Assembly (NCBI GenBank): GCA_013152085.1 | Contig: JAADHC010000033.1 | Span: forward strand, 9,031 to 73,030 | From: Chlorobiota bacterium | GTDB lineage: Bacteria > Bacteroidota > Bacteroidia > Bacteroidales > VadinHA17 | Direction: 5' to 3' | DNA length: 64,000 bases | Shown here: positions 55,842 to 64,000 of the stretch, one piece after another | Layout: the number at the start of each line of letters is the position of its first letter | How positions within the stretch are numbered: position 1 is the first letter of the stretch | Program-made: the position numbers and the translations under genes | The notes under the pieces: model-generated | Databases searched by the model: none | The model's input: only the letters and a program-made list of their open reading frames with translations | Told to the model about the DNA's origin: nothing

Positions 55842-56846
55842 ATGGAATCTATGCTGAAGCCACGGAATTTCATCACCTGTTTATTTTTATTTATCGGAGT
55901 AATGCTCCCTTCATTACTTTGGGGACAGGATGTGATTTTTTCACAGTATCTGGAAAATTCATTGAGTGCTAATCCGGCATTTGCAGGTGTGTCGGGAAAT
56001 TCGGAAACATTGCTGGCATACCGTCAGGAACGTTTTGGGGCTTTATCCCAGTTTGAAACTTTTTCTGCTGTCTATCAACAACCTGCGGAATGGTTACATG
56101 GCGGCTTTGGTGTGATGTTGTATCGCGATGCCGCAACCCGTGGTTTTATTTCTAAAAACGCGATCTCGGTAATCTATGCATATCATTTGCGCCTTTCACG
56201 GTCATGGAACCTTTCTTCCGGGTTTCAGACAACATTTGTTCAGCAAAACCTGAATACAAACGGGATTATTCTTCCGGACATGATCGATCCTTCCAGGGGC
56301 GTGGTCCTACCTTCTTCGCAAACGATTAACCCGTGGAGCAGGTTCTATTTTGATTTCCAGGTAGGATTTCTGATGTATGATAAACACTGGTTTTACAGTA
56401 TTTCTGCCTTTCATCTCATGGAACCGCAGATGTCGCCGGTAAAAATTCCCGAAACCATGCAACAAAGACGGTATTCTTTCTTTATGGGCCGTTCGTTTAT
56501 CTTTGACCTTCCTTCATCAACCTTTAATAAGTTAAAAATTGTTCCCTGGGCAGGATATTTTTACCAGGCTGGCCATGCCCTGATCCGGGCAGGGAGTTCT
56601 GCGCATGTCGGGCCACTAAGTGCAGGCCTCGGATGGCAGGGCAGCTATAGCAGGACAAGGCATTATTTGATTTCATCGTTTGCGTTTGCAACAAAAAATA
56701 TCCGTTTTACGTATAGCTACAGTGTTTCACCCGGCAGAACATCAGGCGGAACCATGAATAATATCCATGAAATTACGCTAAGTTATTTTATTGACAGGGA
56801 AAATCTTTTAGTATTACCGTTTACAATAAATCTGATAGGATTTTAG
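55842..56846 (+). CDS. PorP/SprF family type IX secretion system membrane protein
   Basis: Family-typical start after the signal peptide (GQDVIFSQYLENSLSANPAFAG) and beta-barrel-like periodicity. The ORF track begins at a TTG (55821); ATGs occur at 55842 and 55851. Confidence 0.8.
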   Translation: MESMLKPRNFITCLFLFIGVMLPSLLWGQDVIFSQYLENSLSANPAFAGVSGNSETLLAYRQERFGALSQFETFSAVYQQPAEWLHGGFGVMLYRDAATRGFISKNAISVIYAYHLRLSRSWNLSSGFQTTFVQQNLNTNGIILPDMIDPSRGVVLPSSQTINPWSRFYFDFQVGFLMYDKHWFYSISAFHLMEPQMSPVKIPETMQQRRYSFFMGRSFIFDLPSSTFNKLKIVPWAGYFYQAGHALIRAGSSAHVGPLSAGLGWQGSYSRTRHYLISSFAFATKNIRFTYSYSVSPGRTSGGTMNNIHEITLSYFIDRENLLVLPFTINLIGF

Positions 56847-56893
56847 TTATTAAAAAAAATACTTATTTTTGAAGGTAAATAATTACTTATTTA

Positions 56894-56901
56894 TATCTTT
56901 G
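56894..56901 (+). promoter_or_regulatory. Bacteroidetes-type -7 promoter box candidate (TATCTTTG) upstream of gldJ
   Basis: Exact TAnnTTTG match, 38 nt upstream of the ATG at 56940. A second match (TATTTTTG) lies at 56864-56871. Confidence 0.3.
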
Positions 56902-56939
56902 AATTACTTTTTTAAAAAATCTGATTAAATATTTCAGTT

Positions 56940-58436
56940 ATGTATAGAAAAATCAGAATAATTTCTTTGGTTGTTGCAGGATTTGCCGTGATGACTTCCT
57001 GTGGCCTTATTGGTGGTGGCGGTAAAAGTGATGAGTCGTCCAAGACAGGCTGGAAATACAACGACCCGGACATGGGTGGCTTTGAAGTTCGCAATGCTGT
57101 TGAACAGGTAACCGGTCCCGGGCTGGTGTTTATTGAGGGAGGTACCTTTACAGAAGGACGCGTTGAGGAAGATGTAATGTATGACTGGAACAATATCCCC
57201 AGAAGGGTGACGGTTTCGTCTTTCTATATGGATGAAACGGAAGTCAGTAATGTCGATTATCGCGAATATCTTTATTGGCTGGGCAGAGTCTATGTTAGCT
57301 ACCCTGAAGTTTACAAACAGGCACTGCCCGATACGCTGGTATGGAGAAGTCCCCTGGCCTATAATGAACCGTATGTCCAGTACTATTTCAGGCATCCCTC
57401 TTATAATGATTATCCTGTTGTTGGCGTTAACTGGCTTCAGGCCAATGATTATTGTTCCTGGCGTACCGACAGGGTCAATGAAAAATTGCTTATCGATGAG
57501 GGTATACTGAATCCGGACCCCAACCAAACGGATGAAAATAATTTTAATACGGAAGCCTACCTGGCTGGCCAGTACGAAGGTCTTGTGAATCAAAACCTTC
57601 CCAGTCTTGATCCCAACAAGGAATCCCGCCGGGTACAGCTCGAAGATGGTATTCTGTTGCCTGCTTACCGTCTGCCTACAGAGGCCGAATGGGAGTATGC
57701 AGCGCTGGGGCTCATCGGAAATTCATTTGAAGAAAGATTATACGAACGGAGAATTTATCCGTGGGATGGCCATTACCTGAGAAATGCCTCAAGAAAATAC
57801 CGTGGCCGGTTTATGGCAAACTTTGTCAGAGGAAATGGCGATTATATGGGTCTTGCCGGTGACTTGAATGATAATGCTTCGATTACAGCTCCCGTAAAAT
57901 CATTCTGGCCGAACGATTATGGCCTCTATTGTATGGCTGGAAATGTGAACGAATGGGTGGCTGATGTCTATCGTGACCTTACTTCCGTTGACGAAGCAGC
58001 ACTGAACCCATATAGAGGAAATATTTTTAAAGTTCCTGTAACCGACGAAAACGGAGTAGCCCAGAAAGACAGCCTGGGACGGATCCGTTATCGTGAAGTT
58101 ACTCCCGAAGAGGTTGCCAACAGGTACAACTTCCAAAAAGCTGACTATCGTAACTATAAAGACGGGGACCTTAAATCTGCTATTCTTACGGATCAGGCAA
58201 ACTGGATCGGTGAAGATACTCCCGGTTCCGGACGAATGTATGCCCAGAATGAACAGGCACAGGACTATACAACCCTGATTAATGATAATTCGCGGGTTTA
58301 TAAAGGAGGCTCCTGGATGGACAGGGCTTACTGGCTGATCCCTTCAACAAGACGGTTCCTGGATGAGAAAAGTGCTCGTGCCGACCTGGGATTCCGTTGT
58401 GCTATGACACGGGTCGGAAGCCCGGCTGGATTTTAA
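56940..58436 (+). CDS. gldJ: Gliding motility / T9SS lipoprotein GldJ (FGE-sulfatase/SUMF1-like fold)
   Basis: 498 aa with a lipoprotein signal (AVMTSCG). It has a GldJ-like N-terminus (KTGWKYNDPDMGGFE) and SUMF1-like blocks (VTVSSFYMDETEVSN, YPVVGVNWLQANDYCSWR, RLPTEAEWEYAA, VYKGGSW, GFRCA). The porU/porV-gldJ-murF neighbourhood matches Flavobacterium johnsoniae. Confidence 0.88.
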   Translation: MYRKIRIISLVVAGFAVMTSCGLIGGGGKSDESSKTGWKYNDPDMGGFEVRNAVEQVTGPGLVFIEGGTFTEGRVEEDVMYDWNNIPRRVTVSSFYMDETEVSNVDYREYLYWLGRVYVSYPEVYKQALPDTLVWRSPLAYNEPYVQYYFRHPSYNDYPVVGVNWLQANDYCSWRTDRVNEKLLIDEGILNPDPNQTDENNFNTEAYLAGQYEGLVNQNLPSLDPNKESRRVQLEDGILLPAYRLPTEAEWEYAALGLIGNSFEERLYERRIYPWDGHYLRNASRKYRGRFMANFVRGNGDYMGLAGDLNDNASITAPVKSFWPNDYGLYCMAGNVNEWVADVYRDLTSVDEAALNPYRGNIFKVPVTDENGVAQKDSLGRIRYREVTPEEVANRYNFQKADYRNYKDGDLKSAILTDQANWIGEDTPGSGRMYAQNEQAQDYTTLINDNSRVYKGGSWMDRAYWLIPSTRRFLDEKSARADLGFRCAMTRVGSPAGF

Positions 58437-58460
58437 TAACCGTTTTTTAACATGATATTT

Positions 58461-58492
58461 GACCTCATTAACCGTTAATGAGGTCTTTTTTT
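58461..58492 (+). terminator. Rho-independent terminator after gldJ
   Basis: Perfect 10-bp inverted repeat gacctcatta / taatgaggtc with a 5-nt loop (accgt), followed by ttttttt. It begins 25 nt after the gldJ stop. Confidence 0.8.
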
Positions 58493-59797
58493 ATGGTGGA
58501 CCTGCAAACATTATATCGAATTTTCCTTAAACATCCGGAAATTACCACTGATTCCAGGAAAATAATAAAAAATGCTATTTTTTTTGCATTAAAGGGTGAA
58601 CGGTTTGATGGAAATGAATATGCAGGGCAGGCGTTAAAAGATGGTTGCGCTTATGCAGTGATTGACAATCCTGCATTCTTTACCGGGAATCAGCATTTAA
58701 TCCTGGTAACCAATGTGCTTAAAACTTTGCAGAACCTTGCCCGGTATCACCGTCAGCAGTTTGAAATTCCGGTGCTTGCCATAACAGGGACCAACGGAAA
58801 AACAACAACCAAGGAGCTGATCACCCGTATCCTGCAAAAATCCTTTCGGGTAGTGGCTACCTCCGGAAATCTGAACAACCATATCGGAGTGCCGTTGACC
58901 CTGTTAAAAGCTACTGCTGATACTGAATTTATCGTGGTGGAGATGGGTGCGAATCATCCGGGTGAAATAGCCGCTTTGTGTGATTTGGCTATGCCTGTTT
59001 CCGGAATGATTACGAATATCGGGAAGGCACATCTTGAGGGGTTCGGGAACATACAAAATGTTGCTCATGCAAAAGCAGAGCTTTTTCATTATCTTCGGAA
59101 AAACAAAGGAACCATCTTTTATAACCGGGATAATCCCCGGTTGAAATCCCTGATCCATCCCGATGACCGGTCTGTTACTTACGGAACCATGAATTATCCC
59201 GGAAACAAATTTACCGGCCCTGCTGATAATCCTTTTCTTTCATTTATCTGGCATGCAAAAACCGGAGACCTGGAAGTTAAAACAAAAATGTATGGCAGGT
59301 ATAATTTTGAGAACTTTATGGCTGCAATATCTGTAGGTGTTTTTTATGGCATCCGCCCACAGAAAATTATCGAAGCTGTTGAATCGTATGTCCCGGATAA
59401 TGCACGTTCACAAATCATCGAAACAGGAAAAAACCATGTTATTCTGGATGCTTATAATGCCAATCCAAGTAGTGTTGAACTTGCTTTACGTGAATTTTTA
59501 ACATTGACGAATGATCCAAAAGCCATCATCCTCGGCGATATGTTTGAACTGGGCCGAAATGAAGAAGAGGAACATCGGCGAATCTTAAATCTGCTTTTGA
59601 ATCAATGCACCCACGGTGAGAAGGTGATTGTTATCGGTAAAGTATTTAACAGCCTCGCCGGAAATACGCCTTTTTCCCATTTTCCTGATAATGAGTCGGC
59701 AAAAGAATATTTTGATATCAATCCTTTACACGGATATTCTATTCTGATTAAGGGTTCCAGAGGCATGGCCATGGAATCTCTGCTCCCGCTGTTTTAG
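58493..59797 (+). CDS. murF: UDP-N-acetylmuramoyl-tripeptide--D-alanyl-D-alanine ligase
   Basis: Mur ligase blocks are present (ITGTNGKTTTKE, VVEMGANHPGEI, NIGKAHLEGFG, DAYNANPSS). The ORF-track ATG at 58478 lies inside the terminator stem, so the ATG at 58493 (MVDLQTLYRIF) is preferred. Confidence 0.92.
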   Translation: MVDLQTLYRIFLKHPEITTDSRKIIKNAIFFALKGERFDGNEYAGQALKDGCAYAVIDNPAFFTGNQHLILVTNVLKTLQNLARYHRQQFEIPVLAITGTNGKTTTKELITRILQKSFRVVATSGNLNNHIGVPLTLLKATADTEFIVVEMGANHPGEIAALCDLAMPVSGMITNIGKAHLEGFGNIQNVAHAKAELFHYLRKNKGTIFYNRDNPRLKSLIHPDDRSVTYGTMNYPGNKFTGPADNPFLSFIWHAKTGDLEVKTKMYGRYNFENFMAAISVGVFYGIRPQKIIEAVESYVPDNARSQIIETGKNHVILDAYNANPSSVELALREFLTLTNDPKAIILGDMFELGRNEEEEHRRILNLLLNQCTHGEKVIVIGKVFNSLAGNTPFSHFPDNESAKEYFDINPLHGYSILIKGSRGMAMESLLPLF

Positions 59798-59848
59798 CTA
59801 TTCTTTCTTTGACGGGGTAAAGAATCTGATTTATTGGGAAATGCGCTT

Positions 59849-61042
59849 TCAACGGTTTAAATGAGAATAGTTTGGGGATGATTTGTCTCCATCCTTTACA
59901 GGAAGAAGATGAATGATCCATACTTCCGGTGTTGTACCGATCCGGAGAGGAGGGCCCCAGGTTCCGTATCCTGAAGATACTACGAAATGTGTATTCCTCT
60001 TTTTCAGATAACCGGTGCTTATTTCGTAAATCCTCCGGGTAATCATGTTGAACGGCCAGAGTTGGCCGTCATGGGTATGTCCTGAAATTTGAAGGTCGAG
60101 GTTCAAATCCGCAGCTTCATCAAGACCAAAAGGCTGATGGTCGAGAAGAATGGAAAATCTATCATCATGAATTTTTCCTGACAAATCTGATAGCTTTTTC
60201 CTTTCTTTTCCGGTAAATCTTTTGATATCCCTGTCGGTTCTGCCAATCAGCAATAATTTTCCTGCAATTCCGACGGTTTCATCCATAAGCATTTGTATTC
60301 CCTGTTCTTGTAAATATCGGAGAGATGAAGAGATTCCCCCGATATATTCATGATTTCCAGGAATGCCGTAAACTCCATATGTTGCCCTGATCTTTCTTAG
60401 ACAATCCCCCAGGTTCTGGGCGATAACGGGAGCAATATCTTCATCAAGCGTATCTCCACCGAAAATGACAAGGTCACTCTTACTGTTATTAATAAGTTTT
60501 ACAAGGCGTGAGAGTGATTCTTGTCCGCGTATACTGCCCAGGTGGACATCTGTTGCAACAAAGATTTTTACTCCTTCATGGATTGATGGCAGTTTGGGTG
60601 TTTTGATGGTTATTTCCCTGATTCTGGTGTGCAATGCATTGAAATAACCATAGACCAATAAAAGAAAAACCGTAAAGAAAATCATTAAACGAAGATATAT
60701 TAACCACAAAAGCCGATTGTCAGGACCGATCAGGTTAACCGCATGTAAAAAACCAAAGATGAGATCTACGGTAACAAGAAATAGAAACAGGTATAGTAGC
60801 ATTCCTAACCAGTAAGCACCGGCTTTAACCAGGAGAAAAACAGACTTACGGGGATAGATCCGTTCCAGAAAACGTCCTGTAATGAAAAAAGAACAGATCA
60901 AAACATAGATGATCAGGAACAAACCGGTGTGTATACCATAATGTTGTATGACAATTTTATAATCCAGGTAAACATATAGGCAAGCCAGGGTATAAATGCT
61001 GAGAACTATACCGAGGAAAACGATGAAACCTGATCTTCGCAT
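59849..61042 (-). CDS. Membrane-bound metallophosphoesterase (calcineurin-like)
   Basis: 397 aa with an N-terminal multi-TM region, then phosphoesterase motifs (ATDVHLG, FGGDTLD, GNHE, GHTHDGQ). Confidence 0.85.
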   Translation of the reverse strand: MRRSGFIVFLGIVLSIYTLACLYVYLDYKIVIQHYGIHTGLFLIIYVLICSFFITGRFLERIYPRKSVFLLVKAGAYWLGMLLYLFLFLVTVDLIFGFLHAVNLIGPDNRLLWLIYLRLMIFFTVFLLLVYGYFNALHTRIREITIKTPKLPSIHEGVKIFVATDVHLGSIRGQESLSRLVKLINNSKSDLVIFGGDTLDEDIAPVIAQNLGDCLRKIRATYGVYGIPGNHEYIGGISSSLRYLQEQGIQMLMDETVGIAGKLLLIGRTDRDIKRFTGKERKKLSDLSGKIHDDRFSILLDHQPFGLDEAADLNLDLQISGHTHDGQLWPFNMITRRIYEISTGYLKKRNTHFVVSSGYGTWGPPLRIGTTPEVWIIHLLPVKDGDKSSPNYSHLNR

Positions 61043-61048
61043 GTTAAT

Positions 61049-62065
61049 CTATTTTGGCAATTCCCGAAAGAATCTCTTTCCTTTTATAAAAAACTGCCAG
61101 GTGATATTATGTGCATACATGGTCTCAGGGAGTTTTTTACACGACGGGGCTGCCCGGCGTTTTCTGATCATTGCAGGAAAATGCGCATAGAAAGAGAAAT
61201 GAGCCCTGATTACTGCAATAAAGTTTTTGATTTCCATCCCGGCAAGAAATTTTATACCGGCAATACCATCTAAAATCATACGGATCAGCAATCGTCTTAA
61301 AAGAATTTTAGGCGGCAAATTCTTAACCAGCAGGTATAAATTATTGCGGAAATTGAGGAAAGTTTTCATCGGATGTTGCTGATTCAGCGACCCGCCGCCA
61401 AGATGGTAAACCTCACTTTCATGTATAGCATGAATTGAAAAGCCTCTGCATTGAATACGCCATGAAAGATCAATTTCTTCCATGTGGGCGAAAAAATCAG
61501 CATCCAGGCCTCCGGTTTCATGATACAAAGCTGATCGGACGACATAACATGCTCCGCTGGCCCAGAAAACCGGGATGGTTTTGTCATATTGACCCTCATC
61601 ATATTCTGTCACGTTAAAAATACGACCCCGGCAGAAAGGATACCCGTAGCGATCAATAAATCCGCCTGCAGCACCCGCATATTCAAAAGATTTTCTGTTT
61701 TCCAGTGCTTTTATCTTTGGCATGCAGGCACCTGCCCCGGGATGAGTATCCATAAAATGGGTCAGTGGGTCGAGCCAGTCTTGTGTAACTTCAACGTCGG
61801 AGTTTAAGAGAACATAATAAGCTGCTTCAATTTGCCGGAGGGATCTGTTATATCCTTCTGCAAATCCGTAATTTTTATCCAGTTCAATGATTCGAAGTTC
61901 CGGAAAGTTTTGCCTGATCCATGCCTGCGATCCATCCTTCGAACCGTTATCAGCCACAATAACCTCAACATCCGGTCCCCCGGTGAATTTGACTACTCCG
62001 GGAAGAAACCGCTGCAGGAAACCGATACCGTTCCAGTTGAGTATGACGACAGCGGTTTTTACCAT
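61049..62065 (-). CDS. Family 2 glycosyltransferase
   Basis: 338 aa with GT2 blocks (TAVVILNWNG, VADNGSKDGS, LLNSDVEV, DADFFAHMEEIDLSWR). Confidence 0.85.
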   Translation of the reverse strand: MVKTAVVILNWNGIGFLQRFLPGVVKFTGGPDVEVIVADNGSKDGSQAWIRQNFPELRIIELDKNYGFAEGYNRSLRQIEAAYYVLLNSDVEVTQDWLDPLTHFMDTHPGAGACMPKIKALENRKSFEYAGAAGGFIDRYGYPFCRGRIFNVTEYDEGQYDKTIPVFWASGACYVVRSALYHETGGLDADFFAHMEEIDLSWRIQCRGFSIHAIHESEVYHLGGGSLNQQHPMKTFLNFRNNLYLLVKNLPPKILLRRLLIRMILDGIAGIKFLAGMEIKNFIAVIRAHFSFYAHFPAMIRKRRAAPSCKKLPETMYAHNITWQFFIKGKRFFRELPK

Positions 62066-62140
62066 AGCTTTGCCTGATAGTGATAGTCGGGAATGAAAAA
62101 ATCCATGATTACAAATATAGAAACTCCCTGAACAACCTTC

Positions 62141-63070
62141 TCAGGCTGTTTTGTTTTTTTGTATTTCGGGGGACAGCAATATCTTTCGGTTGGGAACCGC
62201 ACCGGAGTCAAATTTCCATCTTTTGTGTGACCAGAGCCATAGTTCAGGTCTTTCCCTGATACATGATTCCAGCATTTTAAAATATCGCTCTGTAATGGCA
62301 TACGGAGCTTCCTCTTTTGGTCTTGAAGTGATCTCAAGAATCTCTAACCTGTATTTACCCCGTTTTATTTTATTCATCTTAAAGAAAAATACAGCTTCAT
62401 CAAACTTCCTGGCAATTTTTTCAACACCGGTAAAAGCCGCTGTCTCCTGGTTGAGAAACCAGGTGAAATATTCTGTTTCTTCTTTTATGGGTGTTTGATC
62501 GGCAACGAAAAGTGACAGGGTAGGGATTTGGTCACGATGATATCCGGCGATAGCCCGTAAAGTTTTGTGCATCGGGATCAATTTATCAATCCCCTTTGTC
62601 CTCGATCGCAGAATCAAACGATCCATAACTTTATCATGCAGCGGTTTGTAAACTGCCATCGCATGGTATTTTGTAACAAATGGAAAAACGATCAGCCATT
62701 CCCAATTGGCATAATGCCCTGACGACATAATACCGTGCCGGCCGGCTTTTCGGTAGGTTTCCAGAATGTCAGGATTTACGATGTCAATATGGTTGAGAAG
62801 TTTTTCTGCCGGATAGGTGATAAGCTTTACGGATTCGACCATGACATCACAAAGATGATGGTAAAATTTTTTCTGGATCGTAATACGTTCTGCCTGGCTT
62901 TTTTCAGGAAAACTCTTTTCGAGATTCCTGTATACAACAGCTCTTCTGTATCGAAAAACGTAATAAACCAAAGGAAACAATAAATCTGACAGAAAGTACA
63001 AGACAGGGAATGGAAGTAGTGAAATGCTCCAAAGCATACCATATAATATGTAGGAAAGCAGCTTTTTCAT
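62141..63070 (-). CDS. Lysophospholipid / lipid A late acyltransferase (LpxL/HtrB family)
   Basis: 309 aa with an N-terminal TM segment and an acyltransferase HX4E/D-type motif (SGHYANWEW). Size and layout are typical of the family. Confidence 0.75.
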   Translation of the reverse strand: MKKLLSYILYGMLWSISLLPFPVLYFLSDLLFPLVYYVFRYRRAVVYRNLEKSFPEKSQAERITIQKKFYHHLCDVMVESVKLITYPAEKLLNHIDIVNPDILETYRKAGRHGIMSSGHYANWEWLIVFPFVTKYHAMAVYKPLHDKVMDRLILRSRTKGIDKLIPMHKTLRAIAGYHRDQIPTLSLFVADQTPIKEETEYFTWFLNQETAAFTGVEKIARKFDEAVFFFKMNKIKRGKYRLEILEITSRPKEEAPYAITERYFKMLESCIRERPELWLWSHKRWKFDSGAVPNRKILLSPEIQKNKTA

Positions 63071-63074
63071 ATAA

Positions 63075-63866
63075 TCAGACTAAAAATTGTTTTATGGGAA
63101 TCATGAAATCTTCGTGCAACGACCCGTTAGTTGCGACAATTTCCTTCCCAAAAATATAATTGTCTTTCCCGGAAAAATCCGAAACCTTTCCTCCGGCTCT
63201 TTCTACAATGAATGCCCCGGCAGCAACATCCCAGGGATTAAGATTATATTCATAAAATCCATCGTACCTGCCACAGGCAACATAGGCGAGATCTGTGGCT
63301 GCTGAACCTAATCGCCTTACTCCCTGTGTATTTGCCATATAGGTTTTTAATACCTGCATATAAGGTTCCAACCGGTCAAAATTGATAAACGGAAATCCGG
63401 TGGCAATCAATGCTCCGTCAAGAGTGGGAGTATGCGTTACCCGTATTTCTTCCCCGTTTTTTTGTGCCGGATCCTGCATGGTGGCAACAAACATTTCATC
63501 CAGCGTAATCTCGTAGATCACACCGAGAATCGTGCGCCTCCCCTGATGCAAAGCAATGCTGACAGCATAAGGAGGAGTATTATGCATGAAATTTGTTGTG
63601 CCATCAAGAGGATCAATAATCCATGTATATTCCTTTTGTTCCTGTTTGGTAGTCTTTTCCTCTGTTATAAATCCGCTACCGGGGAGAAGTCGCAATAATT
63701 CTTTTACAAGTCTTATTTCACTTTCTTTATCTACCATAGTTACATAATCGTGTATCCCTTTTTCATGAATATCCGATTCCCGGAGTTCACGCCTGCGCTG
63801 ATGTATATATTGCCCGGTTTCTTTTGCAATCCCGGAAACCTCTTTCAGTAACAAATTCAGGTCCAT
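63075..63866 (-). CDS. Inositol monophosphatase family protein (SuhB-like)
   Basis: 263 aa with IMPase motifs (FITEE, WIIDPLDGTTNF, GSAATDLAYVACGRYDGFYE). Confidence 0.9.
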   Translation of the reverse strand: MDLNLLLKEVSGIAKETGQYIHQRRRELRESDIHEKGIHDYVTMVDKESEIRLVKELLRLLPGSGFITEEKTTKQEQKEYTWIIDPLDGTTNFMHNTPPYAVSIALHQGRRTILGVIYEITLDEMFVATMQDPAQKNGEEIRVTHTPTLDGALIATGFPFINFDRLEPYMQVLKTYMANTQGVRRLGSAATDLAYVACGRYDGFYEYNLNPWDVAAGAFIVERAGGKVSDFSGKDNYIFGKEIVATNGSLHEDFMIPIKQFLV

Positions 63867-63895
63867 AAATGATTTGGTGTTTTTTTATTCATCTG

Positions 63896-63903
63896 CAAAT
63901 TTA
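63896..63903 (-). promoter_or_regulatory. Bacteroidetes-type -7 promoter box candidate (TAAATTTG on minus strand) upstream of the IMPase gene
   Basis: The plus strand reads caaattta. The box lies 29 nt upstream of the ATG at 63866. Confidence 0.3.
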
Positions 63904-64000
63904 TGATTTTGTCCGGAATGATTATATATTTTCACTATTGGGAAAACCGTTCACCGACAAATACTGAAAATCTCTCCGGAAATGGAATGATAAACAGTTT

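Noticed and set aside
1-64000. Search for CRISPR arrays, tRNA/rRNA genes, transposases, integrases, phage or toxin-antitoxin modules, and abrupt composition shifts.
   Set aside because: None were recognised by eye. There is no spaced direct-repeat array, no cloverleaf-like intergenic sequence and no recombinase-like ORF. The window looks like core chromosome. A tRNAscan/Infernal run would be needed to exclude small RNAs.
63903-64000. Open plus-strand frame starting ATG at 63903 (MILSGMIIYFHYWENRSPTNTENLSGNGMINS...) that runs off the window.
   Set aside because: Only about 33 codons are visible and no recognisable motif is present. I cannot distinguish a real gene start from noise.

Overview
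64-kb chromosomal segment, by gene content from a Bacteroidota organism with a type IX secretion / gliding apparatus (porU, porV, porP/sprF-like and gldJ are all present). Gene density is high: about 48 protein-coding genes, many with 1-4 nt overlaps. I saw no tRNA, rRNA, CRISPR array, transposase, integrase or phage gene. Most genes are housekeeping: alaS, holA, recR, murF, ispF, hutU, 2-oxoacid dehydrogenase E1 and E2, two acyl-CoA ligases, Nif3, SuhB-like and an LpxL-like acyltransferase. The stand-out region is 15054-25665, where five consecutive same-strand paralogs share one periplasmic core: signal peptide, TPR block, TolB/PD40-type beta-propeller and a small beta-sandwich. They carry different C-terminal anchors. 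One has four exact 68-aa repeats plus a single TM helix, two have OmpA/Pal-type peptidoglycan-binding domains, one has none, and one has a SPOR-like domain. I read this as a modular envelope-tethering set built from Tol-Pal-like parts, and I am not aware of any functional description of it. Secondary observations: (1) a GT2 glycosyltransferase fused to a WbaP-like scaffold whose phosphoglycosyl-transferase core appears deleted; (2) a 13-mer shared upstream of the separated E1 and E2 genes, followed by a 10-mer in opposite orientation; (3) a LemA-TPM-TPM operon preceded by a divergent LemA-like paralog; (4) an isolated wza-wzc pair whose kinase ends in a codon-diversified (Gly-Tyr)9 tail; (5) ispF translationally coupled to porV. 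All domain calls come from motif recognition by eye, not from searches.
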